DNA from: an uncultured bacterium
GTDB taxonomy: Bacteria; Chloroflexota; UBA5177; JANWHV01
Assembly: GCA_963729625.1 (NCBI GenBank)
Contig: CAVSOU010000017.1
Span: 266,175 to 330,174, forward strand
Direction: 5' to 3'
Length of the DNA: 64,000 bases
Made by a program: the position numbers and the translations under genes. Below, piece after piece: positions 49,677-59,000 of the stretch. Under the pieces are notes generated by a model. That model was not told the DNA's origin, made no database searches, and saw only the letters and a list, made by a program, of their open reading frames with translations. The first letter of the stretch is position 1. Every line of letters starts with the position of its first letter.

Positions 49677-50186
49677 GGCGATGACCTCCACCAACTGCAA
49701 CCTCAACGATACGCGCACGGACGACCGCGCGCCGGTGACACCACCTCTTCGACCCCGCTCTGCCCAGTTACCAGTCCCTGTCCGTGAATCGCGGTATATG
49801 GAGTACCCAGCTAGCTCCATCCGACCGCGGCGACAACCATACAACCCGGAGCAAGAAGTGCGAGCCACCCAGTGCGGCCCGCGACATCCATGAGCTGGAC
49901 TAGCTACTCCGGCGATGAAAGGTTCTCCAGGACAGACCCGCGGGAGATCGAGCTGTTCTTCGTGGCAACTGCCCTGATATCCAGGCAATAGTAGTCCGCG
50001 ATACGGGGCCCGGCCAATAGCATATTCAGCGAGACCCGGACAGCCGCGCCACAGTGCCACCATTGCTGGGCTCGCTTTATTGGAGTAATGTGGAAAGCGA
50101 GAAGCGCATAGCCCGGATGGGCTAGGACCTTCTGTCTCCAGTCTGGTGGCGATGCCGCAGGGGCTGGTTAGTCGCTGGACGGTGCA

Positions 50187-52688
50187 ATGGAGAGTGTTCG
50201 ATCGGTTCCGCTGATCAGCGGTGGGTGTGAGCCCAATGTCCCGGATCTGAAGTCAGGCTCTGATACTGCTTTGGCTGCTGATGCGCAGCGCAAAGCCGAT
50301 CGCTTCCTGCTGCTGAGTGACGCGTGTCGCGAGTTGATGGTGCAGCGTGCGGTGCCCGATATCTGTAGTGCGCTCTACACCCAGACGAAGCGATTGGTCG
50401 ACTGTACGGTCCTGTACGTCGGCCTCTATTCGCAAGAACGACAAGAGATAGACATCGTGCTGACGATGGATGCCGGCATCGCCTATCCCCTCCGGTCGGC
50501 CCGTGCGGTGGAGACGCTCATCGGCCGGGCAATCACCTCCAGACAACCGTTCGTGTACAGGTCCGGCTCTGGACGAGATCAGGTCCAGCCGTTCGTACAG
50601 GAGGCAAGGGGACCGCGATCCGCCCTGTTCGTGCCAATGATCGCCGGAGACAGAGTGGTCGGAGCAGCCGCGGTCCACACGTTCAGAGAGCGCGCGTACG
50701 ACCAGGGCGACATCGTCGTGCTGCAGGCGCTTGCCAGTCAGGCGGCTGTGGCAATTGAGAACGCGCGCCTGTTCGAGCAGACGCGGGCGTGGGTGTCAAA
50801 ACTGGAAGCCGTGCAGAACGTGTCGGCGGACTTGCACCGATGCGAGACGGCGGGCGAGCTTGGCGCGGAGACCGCTCGCGCTCTTCGGACGCTGCTCCCC
50901 TTCGACACGTACCGCGTCATGCTCGTCGAGGACGCCACGCAGGATCTCGTCACTTTGACGCAAGGCGCGAGCCGCGCGGAGGTGGGTGGCCCGCAGCCCG
51001 GCGATCATCGTGTGTGCAAGGGAGAAGGCGCCTTCGGCCGGTGCGCGAGCTCAGGTGAACCGGTGCTCATCAACGAGGCCACCGTGGGAGCGCGGAGCGA
51101 GGAGGCTGGCGTCGTCCCTCCACGTGAGCAGTCGATCCTGGCGGTGCCACTGCTTCATGACAAGGCGCTCATTGGCGTTCTTGGCGTGACAAAGCGCGGT
51201 TACAAGCAGTACTCGGCCGACCACGTTCGCCTGCTGCGGTTCGTCGCCGACCATGTGGCTTCGGCTGTCTTCACCACGCTGGTGCTTGAGCAGACGAAAC
51301 AACGGCTCGATCGGCTCAACGACCTCGATCAGTCGCGGACGGAATGCATATCCACGATACGGCATGAGCTCCGCGCGCCGCTGGCCAGTATTGTGAGCTA
51401 TACCGACACACTGCTGCGCTTCTGGGATCGACTGACTGTCCTTCACCAGAAGGAGATGGTGCACACGATTCAGGTCTCCTCGACTCGCTTGCAGCGGCTG
51501 GTGGAGGATCTGCCCTGCCATTCTGGGCTGGACGGCGCGCACAAGTACAGCACCGACGACAGCGCTTCGAGCGCAGCCGTGGACGAGCACACCGGGGTGC
51601 CAAAAGCACCAGGTCCGGGACTGCAGCGGGAATCCGCGCAGACGGCAGTTCCGCTCCCAATCCTGCCGACAGCGACGCCAACCGCGGCTCCGGCGAGCGC
51701 GACGGTAGCCAACACGTCCCCGGCAACCGAAACAAGCACGCCAACAGCGACCCAGACCGGCACGGCGCCGGTACGTGGAGCGAGTACACCGGTGCTACCG
51801 TCCGCAATCCGGACCGGTACACCGACGAGAATCAGGACGGGTGCATCCGCCCAAACGCCGACCATCACGAATACTCTGGTCGTTGGCCAATTGGCGTTCC
51901 CGGCTGGTAGCGGATTCTTCGCACTGTACTACGGGTATATTCAGAGCCCTGCGCGGTCGGACGAGTATCTTCAGGCATTTGTTGCGGGATACCCCAATTT
52001 TCTGATCGTCGGTGACGGGCTTGCGGCGAGAAGTGATATCCCTGCATACCTGCACTCGCAGAGCATCAAGGCCCTGCAGTACGTTGCCTTGGGCTTCGGG
52101 GCCGGAAACGCGGACACGATCGATACCACGGTCGATACCGCGATGGCTTCGGGCTATGACGGCATATTCTTCGATCAGGTGAGCACAGCGTCCGGCGACG
52201 GGGCGTTCCAGACCGCACGGTATGGTCATGTCAAGCATCATGGCGCTGGGAAGCTGGTGATCATGAACCCCGGCCTGGTACCGCCGGATGCCTCCATGTT
52301 CAGCTACGCCGATATCGTCAGCGTTGAGAACCAGTATGCTGCGAGGATCCCCAGCAGCTGGGGTATCCCGGCCTGGCGCTGGCTTGCAGTGCAGGGCGAC
52401 CCGGCAACGTCGGCGGCAGCGTCGGCGGCAGAAGCGGAACGTCGTGCCAGCATATTCCGGTCGAATGGCGGCTTCTGGTACTACTCGTCCGGCCATGCGT
52501 CCTCCGGCTCCAGCGCGATATCTCCCGTCCCATCCTGGTACGGCGCGTTCGCGACGTGGGTAACCGGGCAAGGCGGGCCCGAGCTGCACGTGGCGCACCC
52601 GCAGGGGAAAGCAGCGGCCGACACGAAGGGTGCGGCCCTATTCGACGCGGCCCCGGAGATTGGCTTTTACGCTGCCGCGCCCAGGTAG
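50187..52688 (+). CDS. GAF-GAF-HisKA(DHp), Thr/Pro linker, GH135/spherulin-4-like fusion; no HATPase domain
   Basis: Two GAF domains (SALFVPM...LASQAAVAIENARLF; SILAVPL); H-box HELRAPL; C-terminal domain paralogous to the GH135-like domain of 45613-47853. Confidence 0.75.
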   Translation: MESVRSVPLISGGCEPNVPDLKSGSDTALAADAQRKADRFLLLSDACRELMVQRAVPDICSALYTQTKRLVDCTVLYVGLYSQERQEIDIVLTMDAGIAYPLRSARAVETLIGRAITSRQPFVYRSGSGRDQVQPFVQEARGPRSALFVPMIAGDRVVGAAAVHTFRERAYDQGDIVVLQALASQAAVAIENARLFEQTRAWVSKLEAVQNVSADLHRCETAGELGAETARALRTLLPFDTYRVMLVEDATQDLVTLTQGASRAEVGGPQPGDHRVCKGEGAFGRCASSGEPVLINEATVGARSEEAGVVPPREQSILAVPLLHDKALIGVLGVTKRGYKQYSADHVRLLRFVADHVASAVFTTLVLEQTKQRLDRLNDLDQSRTECISTIRHELRAPLASIVSYTDTLLRFWDRLTVLHQKEMVHTIQVSSTRLQRLVEDLPCHSGLDGAHKYSTDDSASSAAVDEHTGVPKAPGPGLQRESAQTAVPLPILPTATPTAAPASATVANTSPATETSTPTATQTGTAPVRGASTPVLPSAIRTGTPTRIRTGASAQTPTITNTLVVGQLAFPAGSGFFALYYGYIQSPARSDEYLQAFVAGYPNFLIVGDGLAARSDIPAYLHSQSIKALQYVALGFGAGNADTIDTTVDTAMASGYDGIFFDQVSTASGDGAFQTARYGHVKHHGAGKLVIMNPGLVPPDASMFSYADIVSVENQYAARIPSSWGIPAWRWLAVQGDPATSAAASAAEAERRASIFRSNGGFWYYSSGHASSGSSAISPVPSWYGAFATWVTGQGGPELHVAHPQGKAAADTKGAALFDAAPEIGFYAAAPR

Positions 52689-53183
52689 CTCGCTGCAGAC
52701 CCTCACGGATTTGCCCGCTTTGGCTGGCGGAACATGTGTTGACTGCGCTGTGAAGGGCCTCGGCCGGAATGGCCAAGATGCCGCCCAGGCAACCCGTGGC
52801 TGCGGATTCTCGACGCAATCAATGACCCGGTCAGGGAAGCGACGCATATGGCCCGAACGGGTACTTAAAAGTTGCATCTGCGCGCATATAGTAAAGAGGC
52901 CATGGCGCGTCTTGTCGCGTGGATTGGAAGTCTTTCAAAAGCGACACCAGGGAGAATTGCATACGGCTCGACATCGGGCATGGCCGCATCTGGGACAGTC
53001 ACGCCCCGCGGCGGGTCGCGATCGCGACCTGCTACAGGAGGGCAGGGAGCTGAATGTCCACGCAGGTTGCTTCTTCAGTGACGCGGCGGGCAGGGGCACG
53101 ATCCCGGTCGCGGCACATCCGTTGAAAACCAGAAAGGGCGGGCTGTCCAACCTACCGCCCAAGAGGATGGGGAATTTCGCGCG

Positions 53184-54131
53184 ATGAAGATGATGCATAC
53201 AGGTGGAGCTGGCGGCTGGAATCCGCAAGAGCTGACGCCGATCATCCTGCCTATTGCAGCGGAGGCGGAATCAGTTTTGGTCAGGCTCCTGCGCTTCTCC
53301 TCCACCGACGGCGGCCGGCATCAGTGGACGTCGCGCCGCATCGGAAACGCTCACTCCGTGCTGCTGACCCTGCAAAATGGGCCGCTGGCCGAGCTGCGAC
53401 TGCGTTTCGCCGCCTTCGCCGGGGAAGACTTCGAGCGACCGCGCACGGCCGTCTGGGTCACCGGCGAGTTCGCCACCCACCCTTGGCAGCTTGATGGCGT
53501 ACTGGAGCGGTGGCGCGCGCGGCGTGAGGCCTGCGCACTGCGTGACGAGGTGCTTGAAGCGCTGCAGGCGCTCGCGCGCTCGCAGAGTGCGACTCCAGAG
53601 GCGGCCACGCGCGCCTACGCGCGCTGGCAGGTCACTGCCGCGGCCCGTCTCGACATCGGCGGCAGGATATGGCGGGCCGAAGTGATGGACGTGAGCGAGG
53701 GTGGCCTCTCTATGGCGATCGCCATCCGGCCGACCGCGGTTGAACGCGACCGTCACTTCTTCTTGGTCGCAACCAGCGCCGACGTGGAGATCCTCATTCA
53801 GCGCCAGGTCGAGCGGGCTGAAGCGGCGATTCGCTCCGCCGTGCCAGGCCGGGGCGGCGTCCGCGTGGGCCTGGCTTTGCCGTCCCCCGACGCCACCACG
53901 CTGCTGCTTCGCCGCGCTTTGGCGCAACGTCGTTCTGGCGGCGTGCCGCTTCCCTCACCTGTCGACTACCTGGCGCGCGTCGCCGATTTGGAAGAAGACG
54001 GGATCGCGTGCAACACGCCGCAAGATCGGGATACGATGCTCGCCCGCGGCGAGCCCATAATCCTCGCACCCCCCGCGCCGACGTTTGTCGGGTTCTCCCC
54101 TCGCCAAAGTCAAGCGACCCGCGTGGGATAG
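53184..54131 (+). CDS. PilZ-domain protein (putative c-di-GMP receptor)
   Basis: RxxxR (RAYAR) followed by DxSxxG (DVSEGG) at typical spacing. Confidence 0.65.
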   Translation: MKMMHTGGAGGWNPQELTPIILPIAAEAESVLVRLLRFSSTDGGRHQWTSRRIGNAHSVLLTLQNGPLAELRLRFAAFAGEDFERPRTAVWVTGEFATHPWQLDGVLERWRARREACALRDEVLEALQALARSQSATPEAATRAYARWQVTAAARLDIGGRIWRAEVMDVSEGGLSMAIAIRPTAVERDRHFFLVATSADVEILIQRQVERAEAAIRSAVPGRGGVRVGLALPSPDATTLLLRRALAQRRSGGVPLPSPVDYLARVADLEEDGIACNTPQDRDTMLARGEPIILAPPAPTFVGFSPRQSQATRVG

Positions 54132-54506
54132 GACCTGCAAATTAGTATAGTAGGTAGAAACCATAGTTGCTCCAGGGTCGCCGCGCGATCTCGACCTGTG
54201 GCCGCACAGGGTCATTGACCGGAACATGGTGCGGTCAATAGGCGAATTCCCGTTCAACCTGCGTCCGTGTGTTCCGGTATTGCGGTAGTCGAGCGCGGCG
54301 GTGGGAAGCATTCACTCACTATATATAGTAGATACGCGTTGGCGAGACCGCCATATCCGCGCCCGGATGCATCCTTTGGGTACTACTCGAACAGGGGATG
54401 CTTGGACGGATCGTTTCGTGTTATATGTAGCCTACATCGCAGCCAGCTCCTAGAGAAAACGAGCCGGCGGACTGTGGTGAGGGCCACGCGGGAGTCAGGC
54501 AAGGAC

Positions 54507-55343
54507 ATGGTTGGGGATACCAACGGCACTAGCGCTTCAGCACTGCTTTCGGGCAGCGATTATCTGGAATGCCGGCCTGGCCCGGACTGCGCTGTTTGCC
54601 CGCGCTACGCCGGGCAGCGAGAAGCAGTTCCTCTCGCTCGATCGGGCGAAGGAGCCTGCCCACTGATCCGCGTGCTGATCGCCGACGACCACGTCGCATT
54701 CAGGCAGTCGCTGGCACTGATGCTCGATCGCGAGCCGGACATCGCGATCGGCGCCCAGGTCGAGACACTGGGCGCGGCGGCGCGGACGTTGCCGGGCGTG
54801 GACGTCGCAATCGTGAGTCTTACGATTGCCGATGCGGACACGGTTGAGCTGGTCCGCGCTCTGAGGGCCGTCGAGAAGGATGGTCTCGCACTGGCACTGT
54901 GGGCCGCGCCTGCCGACATGCGGATCTTGCTCAGCGCCGGCTCTGCCCACCACCTCGTGGAGCATGCTCTGACGTCGAGCGCCGTGGAAGTGCTGTCCCG
55001 GTCAGTTTGCCTGGGCGAGATCGTGGAGTCCGTGCGACGCCTGGGTGCGCGCCGGCCCAATCGCGCCACACGCAGGATCGCGGCCTTGCTCGATGTAGAC
55101 GGCGAGCGACGCGCGCAGGATCGCGTGGCCCGGACCATGCTGACCAGGCTCACGCCGCGCGAGCACGAGGTACTTCAGGCACTTGCCGATGGACTGACCG
55201 ACAAGGATATTGCTGAGCGACTGCACATCTCCAATGAGACCTCGCGTACGCACATGGTCAACATCCTCAGGAAGCTGGAGGTGGATTCCCGCGTGCAGGC
55301 GCTCGTCTTCTCCATTCGACACGGGATAGTCCGGATCACGTAG
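54507..55343 (+). CDS. NarL/LuxR-family regulator with an atypical receiver domain
   Basis: IRVLIADDH; DVAIVS where DxxxxD is expected; LTPREHEVLQALADG..DKDIAERLHIS..T.RTH HTH. Confidence 0.85.
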   Translation: MVGDTNGTSASALLSGSDYLECRPGPDCAVCPRYAGQREAVPLARSGEGACPLIRVLIADDHVAFRQSLALMLDREPDIAIGAQVETLGAAARTLPGVDVAIVSLTIADADTVELVRALRAVEKDGLALALWAAPADMRILLSAGSAHHLVEHALTSSAVEVLSRSVCLGEIVESVRRLGARRPNRATRRIAALLDVDGERRAQDRVARTMLTRLTPREHEVLQALADGLTDKDIAERLHISNETSRTHMVNILRKLEVDSRVQALVFSIRHGIVRIT

Positions 55344-55511
55344 GATCCGCGTCCTGCCTCCCGGCTCGCGACCCGCGAGCCTTCAAGATCCCTCATTTGC
55401 ACGATTACGCCCGTGTTGCGCGGCCGTAGCATGTATTGCGGTGTCCCGAGCCACCCGCCCTGCCTCCACCACTGACAGGCACGGCGCATCGGGTGAGGTA
55501 AACTGAGCATC

Positions 55512-55841
55512 ATGCGCATAGTTGTGGCAAACGAGCCGGCCGCCCATCGTGATGTTTTTGCGGCGGTGCTGCATATGTTGCGTCCTGAGGCGGAGGTCGC
55601 GATCGTCGACCCCACCGAGCTCGACGAGGCTATTGGGCGCCTGAATCCCGACCTGGTGCTTTGCAGCAGGCTGTCGGAGGCTATTGAGCGCCTGGTACCG
55701 CACTGGGTGGTGCTCTATCCGGACGGCGCCGCTCAGGTCGAGATCGGCAGCGAGGGGCGACGCACGACGAAGTCGGACCTCGAGCTGGACGAGATCCTCT
55801 CGATCGCCGACCACGCCGCGGCCCTAGCCCAAGCGTACTGA
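55512..55841 (+). CDS. small stand-alone receiver-like protein
   Basis: MRIVVANEP...PDLVLCS; CheY-like pattern without the phospho-acceptor Asp. Confidence 0.55.
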   Translation: MRIVVANEPAAHRDVFAAVLHMLRPEAEVAIVDPTELDEAIGRLNPDLVLCSRLSEAIERLVPHWVVLYPDGAAQVEIGSEGRRTTKSDLELDEILSIADHAAALAQAY

Positions 55842-56091
55842 GCTGTAAATAGTACTTTCGGGTACCGAATACAGCATTTGTGGGATGGCACCACCCCCCT
55901 TCTGTTCTAACGTGAGCACCGGACAGCTATGACGCGCAGATAATACCTGGGCACTTTGGTCTGCGCTGAGCGAGTGGTGCAACCGGCCAGATCTCTCTGT
56001 ATTGGGGGAGATCGAGGCCGTTTTTTTGTGCGCGGCAGGGCGCGGCGCCGTCAAGAATTGTTGAGCAGCAGAGGGTTCAGGGGGGTTCGAC

Positions 56092-59000
56092 GTGAACGGA
56101 TTATGGAACCGAACGATCAGACGGCATCATGCGCGTATCCATCCGGTGCTCCTGCGGCTGCTAACGGTCCTGGTCATGTTGACCGGCCTCGTCGCCCCGT
56201 TTACCCAGTCGGAGCGCGTGGTGGCAGCTGCTGGGTCCGGGGCCATGACGGTGTCGCCGACCAGCGTGACGGCGTCAAGTTCGGGAAACACGCTTACTTT
56301 CACCTTCACCAACGTGAGCAACAGCAGCGCTCACAGCATCTCGGGGGTGACTGTCCTTGTCCCTTCAGGCGGATGGACGACGCCCCAGGCCGGTACGTCC
56401 ACCAACCCAGGCTACGTCTCAACGTCGGGCTTCACAGGCTCGTGCACTTCGGCTAGTCCGACGGTGTCGAGCATGACCATAACCGTCGCCACGACCTGCA
56501 CCACTGGGGTTACAGGAGGCTTCACGCTCTCGTACGCCAATGTGGCGGCGCAGACCGCTACTGGGACCGCGACATTCACGACGGCGACCGGCGGAACCAA
56601 CATCGGCACGCAGCCAGCGGTGACTGTGGTCAACGGTCCCACCAAGCTCGCGATTACCACGATCAGCCCCGCGAGCCCGACGGCGGGCGCGTCCTTCTCG
56701 GTGACCGTGCAGGCGCAGAACCCGTCGGGCACGGCGACGAACGTGATCGCGGCCACGGCGGTGACGCTGAGCCGGGCGACCGGGAGCGGCACGCTGGGCG
56801 GCACGCTCACGGGCACGATCGCCGCGGGCAGTAACTCGGTGACGATCAGTGGGGTGACGTACACGAAGGCCGAGAGCGGCGTGAGCCTCACGGCGACGCG
56901 CACGAGCGGCGACATGCTGACGGCCGGCACGAGCGGCACGTTCACGGTAGTGGCGGGTACGGCCAGCAAAGTTGTGTTTGGAACGCAGCCGAGCAGCACG
57001 ATGGCGGGGGCAGTGATTACGCCCGCGGTGACGGCGCTGATCGAGGATGCTAACGGCAACGTGGTGTCCAGCACCGCCAACGTGACGATAGCGATAGGGA
57101 CCAATCCGGGCGGCGGCGTACTGGGCGGCACGCTGACGGTGGCGGCGGCAGCGGGGACGGCGACGTTCAGCAACCTGACGATCAGCAAGGGTGGTGCAGG
57201 CTACGTGCTGACGGCAACGAGCAGCGGGCTGACCAGCGCCGCGAGCAGCGCCTTCAACGTCACGGCGACCAAACTGGCGATCACCACGATCAGTCCGGCG
57301 AGCCCGACGGCGGGCTCGAGCTTCTCGGTCACCGTGCAGGCGCAGGATCCGTCGGGCACGGCGACAAACGTGTCGGCAGCCACGGCGGTGACGCTGAGCC
57401 TGGCGACCGGGAGCGGCACGCTGGGCGGCACGCTGACGGGCACGATCGCGGCGGGCGCCAGCTCGACGACGATCAGCGGCGTGACCTATACGAAGGCCGA
57501 GAGCGGCGTGAGCCTGACGGCGACGCGCACGAGCGGCGATCTGCTGACGGCCGGCACGAGCAGCACGTTCACGGTGGTGGCGGGCACGGCCAGCAAAGTG
57601 GTATTCGGGACGCAGCCGAGCAGCACGATGGCAGGTGCGGTGATCGCGCCGGCGGTGACGGTGCTGATCGAGGACGCGAACGGGAACGTGGTCTCCAGTA
57701 CGGCCAGCGTGACGGTAGCGATCGGGACCAACCCGGGCGGCGCCACACTGGGCGGCACGAAGACAGTTAACGCGGTAGCGGGGACGGCGACGTTCAGCAC
57801 GCTGACAGTCAGCAAGGGCGGAGTCGGGTACACGCTGACGGCAACAAGCGGCACCTTAACCAGCGCCACCAGCAGCGCGTTCAACGTCACGGCGACCAAA
57901 CTGGCGATCACCACGATCAGTCCGGCGAGCCCGACGGCGGGCTCGAGCTTCTCGGTCACCGTGCAGGCGCAGGATCCGTCGGGCACGGCGACAAACGTGT
58001 CGGCGGCCACGGGAGTGACGCTGAGCCTGGCGACCGGGACCGGCACCCTGGGCGGCACGCTGACGGGCACGATCGCGGCGGGCGCCAACTCGACGACGAT
58101 CAGCGGCGTGACGTACACGAAGGCCGAGAGCGGCGTGAGCCTGACGGCGACGCGCACGAGCGGGGATACGCTGACGGCCGGCACGAGCAGCACGTTCACG
58201 GTGGTGGCGGGCACGGCCAGCAAAGTGGTATTCGGGACGCAGCCGAGCAGCACGATGGCAGGTGCGGTGATCGCGCCGGCGGTGACGGTGCTGATCGAAG
58301 ATGCGAACGGGAACGTGGTCTCCAGCACGGCCAGCGTGACGGTAGCGATCGGGAACAATCCGGGCAATGGCCAACTGGGCGGCACGAAGACAGTTAATGC
58401 GGTAGCGGGGACGGCGACGTTCAGCACGCTGACGATCGACAAGGGCGGCGTGGGCTACACGCTGACGGCGGCGAGCAGTGGGCTGACGGGCGCCACCAGC
58501 AACCCCTTCACCATCAGCCAGACGACCTCGACCACGACAGTGAGCTCGAGCGGCAGCCCTTCGACGTACGGCGACTCGGTGACCTTCACCGCCAACGTCA
58601 CGCCCAGCTCGGCTACCGGCACCATCACCTTCATGGACGGCTCGACCACGCTCGGCACGGGCACGCTGGCCGGTGGTCAAGCGACCTTCTCGATAGCGAG
58701 CCTCACGGCGGGCAGCCACTCTATCACGGCGGCGTATGGCGGCGACACCAGCGATGCGCCCAGCACCTCCTCTTCCATCAACCAGACGGTGAACGGGGCC
58801 CCATTGACCGTCACGGCCGACGATAAGAGCCGCGCGTACGGCGCGGCGGATCCCACCTTCACGGCCAGCTTCAACGGCTTCGTCAATGGCGATACCGCGG
58901 CCTCGCTGACCACGCAGCCAACGTGCGGAAGCACGGCCACGAGCACCAGTCCGGTAGGCCCCTATCCAATCACCTGCTCGGGCGCCGTGGACGCCAACTA

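Noticed and set aside
50109-50124. CCCGGATG core (palindrome TAGCCC-GGAT-GGGCTA), also at ~16852 and ~54362, as a regulon motif
   Set aside because: An 8-mer of this composition is expected several times by chance in 64 kb, and the flanks do not agree.
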